Positions 34,924 to 47,505 of a stretch of DNA of 64,000 nt are shown one piece after another. Source of the DNA: Owenia fusiformis. Its lineage: Eukaryota. The DNA lies in contig CAIIXF020000001.1 of NCBI GenBank assembly GCA_903813345.2, positions 930,001-994,000 of the forward strand, written 5' to 3'. The position numbers and the translations under genes were made by a program. Numbering within the stretch: the first letter of the stretch is position 1; each line of letters opens with the position of its first letter. The notes beneath the pieces are model-generated. The model worked only from the letters and a program-made list of their open reading frames with translations, made no database searches and was not told the origin of the DNA.

Positions 34924-35431
34924 CTTGCGAAGGTAACGGCTGTTACTGACCAGTGAAAAGGTCCGAAAAAAGAACGCCAAAAGTAGCTGTCATGGAAGTT
35001 TGAACAGGAAGGCTAGCTTATTTACCAAAACTTATTCTGCAGGACTTGGACTACATCATAGGCGTAGCCAGGGGGAGGGGGATGCGCACCCCTATAACCA
35101 ATAAAAATAGAACCATTGGCACTGGCGGATCCAAAAACTAACAAGGGTGGGGGGCACATTTCAAACCACGCAGAAAAAATTCTTAGGCCCCTAAATCCAA
35201 AATTGGGCCCAAATTTTGAATTTCTTTCTGATGTGATCCGCCAGTAGTGATTATATAGAAGAAGAAGAGCTTTAAAATGATTCTATTTGAAGCTTCTAGC
35301 TCAATTTTGAAGGAATTTTCATCAAGGTTTGTAAAATTCAAAACAAAATAAAAAATCTTGCGTTGGTTCGGTTAGTTACGGTTTCACTGGTGATCAATTG
35401 GAAAGAAGACAATTGTATTCGTATTCGTACA

Positions 35432-35593
35432 ACCGGTGCCCCCCCCAGGAATTATGGTCCCCTTTCTTAGCGGCCCTTACCGGCCCTGATTGTGTAAAAG
35501 ATAATGAGGGAAAGAGTTGTATTTAGGTCACCATATAAATCAATGGAGAGTAGGACCATAATTTGATAGGACCTCCTACTTTTTTACACCTGG
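35432..35593. mobile_element. Unclassified MITE, copy 1 (homolog at 55218-55392)
   Basis: ccggtg...ttacacc termini; near reverse complement of 55218-55392. Confidence 0.65.
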
Positions 35594-35605
35594 CTTCCGA
35601 AAGCA

Positions 35606-36324
35606 AAAGGAGCACGTAAGTTATCGCAAACAATTTCAAACGATTCTAACTTGAATTATGAATATGTTCTGATCATGAACATGGGTGTATCTTTTAGATC
35701 CATTCATTATCTTCAAGAAAAGTATATATATAATGATAATTTAGTTAATCAGACTTAAGTGATATTGAAGGGGCAATGGACCAATCAACATACTTTTTCA
35801 AAAATGTTGACCTATTTTTCACCCAAAATGCAATCTTTTATTATATTGTTGAATGCATAATTAGAATGTTTTTTGAGACATGTTCGATTTCCTAAAAGGA
35901 ACAGTTGATTGCTCCAGGGACTTTAAAGATACTGAATTTAGATGACCAAAATGAACTGAAACCAATGGATAGCATGAGATTTTTCAATGGAGAAATAACA
36001 TGGGGAACACTTATCTTAAAGCAATTAAGTTTTTCTTTCAAGAACTATTTGATACATCAAAATAAAGAATAGTAATGCATTAAACATTATAAAATATGAT
36101 TGCATTTTTGGTGAAAATGGGGTCAACATCTTTGAAAACGTGTGTTGGTGGGTTGATTGCTAGTTAAATATCTCCAAGTTTGTTTGACTTTATTATTACT
36201 GTATATAATTTTCTTTGAAGTAATGAATTGATCTAAAAGATAAACCTGTCTTCATTGTCAGAAAATAGTCATAATCCAGTATATAACCTTCTGAAATTGT
36301 TTGCGATAACCTACGTGCTCCTTT
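35606..36324. mobile_element. Foldback MITE with long (about 300 bp) degenerate inverted arms
   Basis: aaaggagcacgta-gttatcgcaaacaatttca at the left and its reverse complement at the right; internal matching blocks (tttagatc-attcatta, caaaaatgttgacc, aaaatgcaatc). Confidence 0.7.
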
Positions 36325-36431
36325 GGTAAGATTTTTTGGTTTCTCGATTTTATTGTTTTTATCCTCCAAGTTTCAACTAGATATTTGCAAAGATATCAGA
36401 TTTTTTCCTAGGAAATACATAAATAAATACC

Positions 36432-37274
36432 ATTATCCTACACTTGGTGTACTAAACGTATAATAACAACAAAAAATAAATTTGATATTTATTGGCAAAA
36501 TGAATATCCGGAGGATATCGTAACGATATACTCCGGGCGGAGGATATCGTGACGATATACTCCGGAAACCCCAATACATGCGGTGGATATTGTGACGATA
36601 TACTCCGCTTGTTGATTTCCCGCCAAATTGACTCTATTTGGCATGAAATTCATTTTGCAATGATATTATACATTTAGTACACTCCTTGTAAGTGTAGGAT
36701 AATAAGAACATCCTATGATTTTTTTTCAGAATATCATTTTAATCTACTCGGTGATATTGATATATGCACTCGTTCGCTTTGCTCTCTCGGGCAGATATCA
36801 ATATCACCTCGTAGATAAAAATGATATTCCTCAAAATCATAGGATATCCTATAATTATCCTACACTTAGTGTACTAAATGTATAATAACATTAAAAAATA
36901 AATTTGATATTTATTGGCAAAATGAATATCCGGAGGATATCGTAACGATATACTCCGGGCGGAGGATATCGTGACGATATACTCCGGAAACCCAATATGC
37001 GGAGGATATTGTGACGATATACTCCGCTTGTTGATTTCCCGCCAAATTGACTCTATTCGGCATGGAATTCATTTTGCAATGATATTATACATTTAGAACA
37101 CTCCTTGTAAGTGTAGGATAATAAGAACATCCTATGATTTTTTTCAGAATATCATTTTAATCTACTCGGTGATATTGATATATTCACTCGTTCGCTTCGC
37201 TCTCTCGTGCAGATATCAATATCACCTCGTAGATAAAAATGATATTCCTCAAAATCATAGGATATCCTATAATT
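36432..37274. mobile_element. Head-to-tail dimer (about 422 bp x 2) of a hairpin-ended non-autonomous element
   Basis: Unit starts at 36432 and 36854; each has the IR tatcctacactt...aagtgtaggata and a ~65-bp-arm terminal hairpin around a cgttcgctt-gctc loop. Confidence 0.75.
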
Positions 37275-38343
37275 ATTTATTTGTGTATTTCCTAAGAAAA
37301 ATTCTGCCATCTGTGGATATTTGGCACGCCGTTATGTACGTAGTATGTACATTCCGGTTTCTGGAAATATCATTTCGCCTCAGAAATAGAATATACCATA
37401 TACCGTTATTGTTTGGATTATTTACTTTCTTTTGTCTTCATTTCATGCAGTTCATAATGACCAGTCAACGTTTCTCGGACTGTCTTCGTTTCCTAAACGA
37501 GAGAATTAATTGTAATTATCAAAACTACGCGATGTATTTCTGAGGTGAAATTATATTTTGAAACCGGACATGAATACCTGCGTTTGTCAAGGTTTGTTGT
37601 ATGGAGATGCCACATTGCACGTTCATCGTATAAAACAACAATATCATCAATTAATTGATCAAATGACTTTCTACATCTATCAATCAATTTATTGTTATCA
37701 GTATCACATAGACAAAGATACTCATTAAACAAGTTTCAACCATAGAATTACATTCAAAGGGAATTCATAAAAATGTTAAAGTTAATTATTTCATTTAAAA
37801 CATCTGGTAATAAAAGAAGTAGCATGCGTGAGCAGACTCATCAACGCTGCTCTCAGAAAACAAGAATGGCAACTTTGGGAAAGTGCAATCACAAAAATGT
37901 GTTTTCAAAATGTTTTCACAAATGCGAATATGCTATTCTAGTATACAGGAATGATGGGCCATTAAGTAGTACATTTACTGCAAACCTACCCTGCAACACC
38001 CAACATGCACTAATGACGGCAAAATCCCACTTGCCCAATTGAGTCCAATCGATTCCCACCGGCCACTTTGCCCAATCGAGCCCCATGAGCTAGGCCAAAG
38101 TAAGAAGTCCCACCAACATATAACTTTCACCATAGCATCAATAGGACATTGTAACGAACCTTTTATCTTATTTTAAGATCAAAGTGTGGAGAAACTGCGA
38201 TAAACCCCGCCATATTATTCAACACTAGAGAAGCTAGAATTTTATTTAATTATAAAAAATCTCTGTTTAACTCATGAAGCTAAAGGCGAATTCACTATTT
38301 TGTTAAATATCCTGAGTAAACCCTAAGACTTATGAAAATGGTA

Positions 38344-38762
38344 TATTCACTGGTACTCACGTAGTTACGCTGACGAAACGTCAGCGTTACAAGATGGAAG
38401 AACTTCCCTCGCTTTTGTTACGTTGACGATCTTCATGGATATTGCCAATGTGACAATATTCATACATTTAGCCCCTCTTTTTTGTTACATTGACGAAAGT
38501 CCGTTATATTACTAATGTCAATGTAACAAAAGCGATGGTCACTCTAAATGCATGAAATACAGCTTTATTTAAAAATCAAATTTCAAACCGAGAGCAATTC
38601 TAAAAGCTAGACTATATTGTCTACCTTTGTGCCAAATGATAATTCGCAACATGACTTATACGTAAGTTTAAATCGAGAAAACAAAAAAACTCGTATCCAG
38701 GAAGTTCATCCATTTTGTTACATTGACGTTCCGTCAAAGTAACTAGTTGTGAAACAGTGATA
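38344..38762. mobile_element. Degraded MITE
   Basis: Imperfect IR tagttac-tgacg-aacgtca-gt-acaa-atgga-gaacttcc at both ends. Confidence 0.5.
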
Positions 38763-40407
38763 AATGTAATTCCAGGTCATTTTCGTTTAATGTATTTTTT
38801 GTTGAACAGGCACTTCGGTTGGAAATCTAAATTTCAAACCAAAGTGATACCTCAAACAAACTACGAGATATATAGTACGCAACCGAGTGGTCTGACATTT
38901 CTACGGCCAATACCAATCCTATGGCCAGAGTAGAATTTCTTCTGCCATATCCTTTAGGAGTCACATTTGGTGGAGACAGTATTTCTACTGTTGCTGTACG
39001 GCCTTTGAAGTGCTGACGTATGGTCGCCCCAGGGCGTCCCTATCTGCCATGCTTTTGCGACCGAAAGACATCCGTAGTCTATCTCCGGTCGCTGTAGGTA
39101 TTTCTGTATTTTGAAAAATTACGGTTGCTTCGGCCAAACTTTTCCTTGGGCCTTTTAGAAACAGTAAATGATTAAATCCCTCATATATCCAACAAAAATA
39201 TTGATAAAAATCATAACTTATTTCACCTAAATAAAATTTACGAACATTTTGGGCTCACCCTGTATAATCGGATGTGCCGATCATAATGTAGAAGTTGTAT
39301 TGTTTGCAATAGCACGTGTAGAATGCGTAGGCAGAATGAAGACTATAAATGCTATACTCACAAGTTCCTCACATCGACTGTTCTTAACATCAGGTAAGTG
39401 ACATTACATGAAATCATGAACAATTATAAAGTATTTCACTCGACTACATTGAACGAAACGTAAGAGATTAAATATGGAAAAGAAAAGGGAATACAATTCA
39501 AATAAACCCATTGAGAAAATGAAAATTTTGAAAAAGGTGTAACTTTTTGAGAATTTTTTTTCCCAAAGTATGTTTTCACACAAGGAAACAATGACTATAT
39601 ACTCCAAAACCATTCCATGTGAAATAGATCAAGTTAAGAATTATTACAAAAACGCACTGATAGCAAAGCTATCTATTTACAAATGGTATATTGAAAAAGT
39701 GCGAGAAACATGATTCACACATGGCTAGGCATACCCTTTGCATTCGTTTGACTTCACTTCTTAAAAGAGAGCTTCGGCTACTTGTAGTTTAACTAGACTC
39801 TGCACGCAGGGTAGGCTAGGAAAGGTGTGTCCGATTCCAGCCAATCAGAACACAGTATTTTTACATGACAACAGTGCGTGAAATAATCAATAACGCATTT
39901 ATTGTGTATGGTTGTTGAGGTGATGATATTGTAATTGATGCTTTGCCAATACTTGACCCTTGAAAGTTTCATTGAAAATATGTTCTTTTAGGTGATTTTG
40001 TAGAAAATATTTTGCATTGTGTGAAAAGAATTTAAGCCCAATACTCAATGCAATTGTGGCTGCTTCATTCCACTCATGCGTTATTTCCTGAACAATGCAC
40101 TGAGTCCAGGGCTTAAATCTTTAAATTATACTTATGAGCTCGAACAATTATTCAGATTTTAAAATTGTATTTGTTACGAATTCAAATCGAGATCACAACT
40201 TTGTATCATAACTTAAAAATAATTAAGTTTAATCGAAATAGCTGATTTTATAAAAAACGAAAACAACCTAGCCATTCATTTATCAGTTTAACAAAAGCAC
40301 GAACCAAGTTATTAATGGCGTATTCGAATGTACTCACTAAAATTAAATTTTCTTTTTTAGATCTGTAACCAAGTCAATTCATCAAAATATTCGTCAAACT
40401 TTTAAAG

Positions 40408-41596
40408 ATGTCAATTGTCGTGTTTCTGTTTGGGTGCGCCCTCTTTATGTCAACATTAAGTGAAGGTTTGTTTCTCTGGTTTCTCGTTTCTGAGACATAA
40501 TTAAAGCTTGGGTCAACACTCAGTGCAACTCTAAATGAAAATATTTGTAGAATCTTTACAAAAGTCTCGAATCTATGATTTATGGTAAATATATGACAAA
40601 TATATGATCATAGTATCAAGTCGCGACTTTTAACAATGAACAGAAAAACCGTCAAACAATACGCCATGAGTCATGGCATCATAAACATTAATATATTTCT
40701 TTCTAATATTTTAGGCCTACCATTTTGTGCCTACCGGATTTACACACTGACAGAAAGGGGGAAAAATTCCAAGACTGATAATCCCATCTCTATTAAATTC
40801 CACATCGACGGTAGCACTTCACCTTGGCACAACCTAGATTCTGATGTAAATGATAGAGAGAGACAACAGTAAGTAGTTTCGTTCAGTGCCCAATGAGCTC
40901 CAACAGAGTCCCATGGGATCGGTGGGACTCTATGGGCGCCAAAAGGGCTGGTCCCTTGTACCATTTTGAAACGTAATTGATTCATTTCTTAATATAAACC
41001 ATAAAAGACATCAACATGACAAAATTAAATGTCATAATCTGCAAATTGTAACGTAATCTAGAAAGTACGAAAGTTTTTCTTGATACTTTTCAGTTGGGAC
41101 AGATACATTGTACCAAATTCAGGGAACGGTCATTTGACAGGTGTTACAGTTAGGAACCTAAAAACAGACGGCTGGGAGATTGAAGCGGTTAGAATATTAT
41201 TAATAGTACACAATAATGAGACACGCAGTGTGATATGACATGGAAGATTGTATTTTTGGATAATTTCCTTGAAATAAGATTGGGTTAAAGGCTTGAAGAG
41301 GGCGCACAAATGCCTTGATTGGTATACCAAATACTTAATTATGTGAGCTAAGAATTAAGATTAAAAGTTTTCTGAGCGCCATCTATTAAAACTTGTGTAT
41401 AAAATGCCTTTGATTATGTTAAGCAAGGATTGTTAATACAGTAATCGAAATATTTAATACACTTTTATATTCATTGCAGATATATGTGAAGAATCTATGT
41501 ACGAACCGAGTGTACGAGTTTTACTGTACTGGTAGTTGTTGGGTGGATAGCCCTGCCGCAACAACAAAATTCCTACCCAGATCCAATACAATCTAG
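40408..41596 (+). CDS. Secreted single PLAT/LH2-domain protein, 140 aa, 4 coding exons
   Basis: join(40408-40465,40715-40868,41094-41187,41480-41596) gives 423 nt, GT-AG introns and a TAG stop. Signal peptide MSIVVFLFGCALFMSTLSEG; PLAT-like motifs CAYRIYTLT...SKTDNPISI...WHNLDSDVNDRE...WDRY...DGWEIEAIYV...YEFYC...WVD. TATAAAA near 40249 and AATAAA at 41653. Confidence 0.85.
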
Positions 41597-41934
41597 TCAT
41601 GGACAAGTACAAGAAAAAATATGATAATTAATTGTGAACAAATAATTGAATTAATAAATTCTAGATAAATTGTAAGTGATGTAAATATTGTAATCTTTTA
41701 TATTATCAAACAAAATGCGGGGTATAAAGAGCACACACGTGTCATCTTTAGTTACTTCTCCAGTTACTTGAACGATAGATCTGTCTTTTTAACACTAGGG
41801 GGAGGGGGAGTTTCTTAAAGATATTCTACTATTATATAGTGATATTGTGCTCCGAAAGTGACATCTATAAAATGAAAATGTTTTATATTTACCTTCATGA
41901 ACGTAAACCAAAGGTATAATTAAGTGATTTTCGT

Positions 41935-42176
41935 AGACCATGGGACAAGTAGTAGCTAGTAAGCTTAATATAGAAACTCACGGGTTGACAACTTCAGTTG
42001 AAGATTTTTCAAAAACTTCTCCTTACTGGTAAAATTGTATTTCCAAATCTCTCCAAATATTCTTCAAAGTGTTTTTCAAACTCATATCATTGATAGCTAG
42101 GTTGTTTGCTACACAAATCCAGAACTGAAGTTGTTGGTTTCTATGTTGAGCTTACTACTACTTTTCCCTTGGTATA
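41935..42176. mobile_element. MITE with imperfect TIRs
   Basis: cca-ggga-aagtagtag...taagct-aa-atagaaac...caacttcagtt is matched in reverse at 42120-42175. Confidence 0.55.
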
Positions 42177-42687
42177 TGGTGATCTTTGTGTGATAAATAG
42201 GGGAAACACGTAGTTGTACATCCTTCTTCAAATGACTTCATTTATGCCTAAATTCTATACTTGTAAAATACCCTTGCAGCAAGGATGGTAGTTGTAACAA
42301 TCCTACCGTTTTTATCGATGTCAAAATCGCTGCATGTCACTGAGACATGTATGTATTGCACAGGATGGGCCACTATAGATGGCACAATTTTTGAAACTTA
42401 ATCACGCCCGGTGATCGTACAAAATGGATGGAGGGGGATTAGGCGATTTCTGCAAGAAAACTCAACAAATTTGGAAGATTTATTTTTTCAAGAGAAAATT
42501 TACAACTGAATTGCCAAATGAATAGGCGCAGTGCATGGCAAAATATGGTAGGTCATCTAGTATTTTTTTTGAACTGATACCCTTCTAAGATATGAGATCT
42601 ATAAAAAAAGGCGCATCATCACCAACGTGCAAAAGTCAATGTTTTTGCTATAAATCGGGCAACAATGGTCTACACGACCTGTAATAA

Positions 42688-43306
42688 ATACAGAATATCA
42701 CATCATTTTGAGTGATATCATTTTTATCGCCGAGTTGATATCAAATATCAACACGAGTGAGCGAAGCGAATGAGTGTTGCTATTTGATATCTACGAGGCG
42801 ATAAAATGATATCACGAGAAATTATGTGATATTGGGTTTATCCCATGAATACAATCACCTTGTGATGTTCTGATCCAATTTCCAGGACATTGGCAGAAAA
42901 TATAAACTAGAAATTAGAATATCAATTGAATATTTGAAACACTTTCTTTTAACAATAAAAAGTATGCACTACTTTCTGTACATGATATAGTTCGTCATAA
43001 ATACCTTTTTTAATCGTAAGTTAGCAGCCTTCTAATCAAATTATATACACAATCGTAATTCAATACACCAATGAAACTTAAAGAGAATAAATTAACGGAC
43101 CTATTTTCTCAAAAGAGAATAAATTATCTGACCTAATTTCCAACAATATTGTGGCGCGAAATGCAAATGTGATATCACACGGATATGCGTGAGATAAACG
43201 ATATCACACGCATATGATTTTCTGGAAAATATCACACGAATTTCAATAATATCAGAAATATCAATAGCTGTTATTGTACAGATAACACATTAATCGTGGG
43301 ATAAAT
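42688..43306. mobile_element. Hairpin-ended non-autonomous element, same architecture as 36432-37274 in the opposite orientation
   Basis: Long hairpin at 42694-42833 around gagcgaagcg, then IR tttatcccat...gtgggataaa; internal gatatcacacg repeats. Confidence 0.55.
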
Positions 43307-46300
43307 AGGTATAACACATTTGTCGTACGGAGTACGGAGGCCGTGCGTCGACCGCAGATCAATTAAATCGTAGGAAAACTACGCTCGCCTTGCGGCCTCC
43401 GTACGGCGTATCCAGTTTTTTACAGGCCGCAGGGTCACCGTAGAAATTATAACTCGGAGTTATAATATTTGTTCATTTCTGAGGTCCCCGTAGAAATCAA
43501 CTGGCTCAACAAGATTGAATCATTATTTGTCAATGTTTCACGATCACTTTTCATTTGATATTACATCCTAGCACTATGAATAACATTTATAAATTGTCCC
43601 GATGTAAATAAAATGAAAAAAGTATTATTTATCAACAGAAATTTAAAATTCACCGTGCAGCTCGTGGGAAATGTGACTGCAAAAGTATGAGAGCGCAGAA
43701 ATTCCACGGCGAGCGTAGAAATGTTACTGGCCGCAGAAATGATAGACCGCAAGGTCGCCGTAGGAAATGTGACTGGGGTGTAAGGGACGTTATTATCACA
43801 ATACTAATGACATTGCTTTTAAAAGTTGCTTTGAAAACATTTGTTCCTAGAGTGGAAAATCTAAAATGTTTGAAAAGTAATTGTATTAATTGATTCCGGC
43901 GTGTCACTGAAAGTTATGCAGTCACATGCGATTGTTTGTAAAACATTTGGTAAACTTAAAAAAACAATTTGTAAATAGATAAGAAAACGTGTTAACATTA
44001 ATACAGTATACTTTCGAAGCGTTTAATTCTACATGCCCGAAGCGTTTACTCTACGCTTCCCCATCGCTTCCTGTTGACAATAAAGATACGTTGATGTCAT
44101 CATGGTGTCCTTTCCTGATCGTTTACTCGACAATTAGCGCCAATATGTTCTTCAGAGTTTACTAAGTGAATTCTGTAACAACTTGAACAATGGATTGTTT
44201 ATTCAAATGTCTATAAATACGATAATGCAGATTCACTGCATTTTTGTTGTTTTTATTGACGATAAACATAAAGATGGCGTTATTGTCAAAATAGATCCAT
44301 GGTATGTCATGAAGAGGAATATCCTTGTTATGATTTAGTCAGATACAGTTCACCATTATCCTTTTTTCCATCATGATAAACCATGACATCTCATTTCTTC
44401 TCACCCCTGAGGTGAAACAGAAAGATGCTATGAGGATCAGAATGATTTTTCTCTATTCTGATGATTGTTACATTAACACTGTATCGAGCAATGAACAATT
44501 ATGATATGGAAGGAAATGACTTCCGAAGTATATTCCGTTGTCTCAGTACCCCGCTGTCCAATAGATGGCCTACGTATACAGTAAGGACTGTTAGTTAACT
44601 ACACGTGATATCTATAAAATGAAACAAAAATAAAATTTAAAATTTCTTTTTTTAATGCAACAAATAAAATAATAAAATAAAATACGTAGTTAAAATATTT
44701 TATTACTGACAGACGGAACTATCCAATTAGCGGAGTCAGATGTCCAGAAACAACCCCTTGATAGTTCAATCTTTTTCAGGAAAGGAAGTGAAAAATTATT
44801 TCAAGGCAAATGATTCGGGGTGGTGTTCATGGATTTTCTGACTCACTCCCCTATCAGGCGAGGAGGGGATAAATTATCAATAATAAATAAAAATGGTTTT
44901 AAAGTATTTTTTAATGAATTCATTTGGTGATAACTTTGAGCCTTAACAATGTGTAAAACCCATTATCCAGGTCAGGAATTCTCTTAAAAATTCATAGTTA
45001 TAGAAGTATTAAACAAATATTGTATAATATGGAGGGCAATACTGTTCATCGTTGAATGATGTTTGCAGTGTACATACAGTGTACAGGTGTTGCCCGAACA
45101 TAGAATGAAACATTTGTTTTATTATATTATTACTAGACATTCTCTATGATCACTTTGGATTACAAAGAAATATACAACCTATGGCCATTTACTTTAATCA
45201 ATAAATGTATCATAAACCCATAAGTTAACATAATTATAGTAGTATCATCTAGTATAGCTAGTATCATCGTATATAGCTGTTTATCACAGACAGAAAATAT
45301 AGCTTGGGTAGCTGATGTATTCATAGAGGAAATTTATCGACACTTTTTGGCGCTAGTGACTCAGGGGTAACGTTATTTTACCTTGATAATTTTTAAGATA
45401 TCGAATGTATGTATCTCATATGAACTCATGGAAAGATGAAAAATGGTGCACATAGTCTTGTTGCTAATTAAGGTATTATTGCTAATTAGATGTAAAAAAT
45501 GATTGGATTTTTTTTAAATTATTGTTTCTGAATGGCCAGGGGTAACCATATTTTACCTTAATTATTTTCAAAATATGTAATATATGCAATTGAAAATGTC
45601 ACTTTTTCAAATTTCCAATCATTTTTCACATCTCCCTACGAATAATATGCCAAAACAAGACTATATATACCATTTCAAGCTCATCTGAGATGCATATGTC
45701 TCACAACACAGAGCCTACAAAGGACGGACACTATCCAAAACACTTATAAAAATGATTTTAAAAAGACGTACTCTGATAATTTAACCTTTCATATAGTCAT
45801 ACTGAATCTAGTCTCTCATATAGGTCGACACCGGCCGGGCCAGACGATTTTAATATTATTGTTTTATAATTGTATGTATTTTAAATGGCGTGCCGAGACA
45901 TAAATAAAATATAACATAACATAACATATCTAATTAAGAATGATATGACAAAACAAGACTAGTTGTACCATTCTAAGTCCATAATATGCATACATTGCAT
46001 ATCTAAAACTATTTCAATTAGCAGAACTATTAAGAATTTAATACATGAAAAACATGAACTTGAATTGCTCTGATAAATAAAATAACATTTTCAAATTTGG
46101 CAAAAGGAAATTTGAATGTGACACTTTTATAGTCCCATAATTAACAGTTTCAAGTTGGAGCATGTGTATGTTGAAAACGGTATTTCAACTTTTGAATTTT
46201 TGGATTACCATATCGAATTTTCATAACTTGGCTAAAATTGAACAAACAGTGACAAGGAATAAGAACTTTTTCGGCCAAATCTTATATGGCAAAAATGTTC

Positions 46301-46976
46301 GTATATCAGAAATGCAATAACCCAGATGCGAGTAGAAATAATCTTGATTTACGCCATTAAAAATTCAAAATTCAGTCAAAGTAATATCATATTTGAAATC
46401 TACATGTAAAATTACATCTAGAAATGTGGTTTAAAGGTGTTTATCAACTTTGAAAAATTAATTTTCTTTGGAAATGTGACTTCTAGCTCGGGGAGATTCC
46501 CCATAGACCCCATGCTATAAAATCACAAAAAATGAAACATCTTTTCTTTTAGTGGACAGATAATATTTTGCTTTACTGGACATATTTTCATTAGTATAAG
46601 TATCAGACGCATAAGGGTTATATGAAAATTGAGCCACTTAAATTAATAATATTCAAGTTTAGGGGAGCTTTCTTATATAACTGCCATGTTAATTGACATG
46701 AATCAGCCACCTGGTGGTGAAACTGGTAACTACCTACTCGCATTTGGGTAATTCAAAGTATCTTTGTATCTCCTCAGTTTATGCTCATGTAAGTAAACAA
46801 TCTTTGTACCCCTTCAGCTTATAATGGTGGCTATGTCTATTGATACTAGAGATACATGAACAGACAGTAAAGATATCGCAAGGGGCGTTATATTTGCCAC
46901 TCAGATAATATGTGGTGATTATAAGGCAGGAAAATATTACCGAAGCTGGTGTTAACTGAACGGTAGAAAAATCGAC

Positions 46977-47472
46977 ATGGCAGGTATTTAAATGTGCTTC
47001 ATTAATACTTAAATATGTTCATTGTGTTATATTGTATTAATGTGTTTAGGGACATATTGAATATAAGTGGTCTGAGTGGTTTATTTGCCGAATGGTCAAA
47101 TTTAACCTTTTTCCTAATTTTAATCTTCCTAATGACAAGAAACTTCCCCTTGGATAACAATTATGAAGATGATATTTCCGCATTTAATTTTCCGAACCTG
47201 GTAAAAATTATAGGCAATACGCAAATTAAATGATTAGGCAAAAGGACCACGTATACAGAAGTTATCCCAGTCAAACCATGGCTTATGGAGATAACGAGCA
47301 AATCTAATTAAGAAGGGGAAATCTGGGTTGAAATATTACTCTTATAAGACTTCATTTTCACAAGCTTCAATTAAAAAATCTCTTGTATTCATATTTCGAG
47401 AGTTGACGTCTTCTATCTATATATATAATTTCATTTGAATTCGCTAAATATTCAAAGGCATTAGATGACTGC

Positions 47473-47505
<33 letters not shown>

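Noticed and set aside
43320-43790. CpG-rich stretch with cgtagaaat repeats (similar sequence at 38890-39130)
   Set aside because: Probably decayed DNA-transposon fragments; ends could not be defined and the ORFs are not protein-like.
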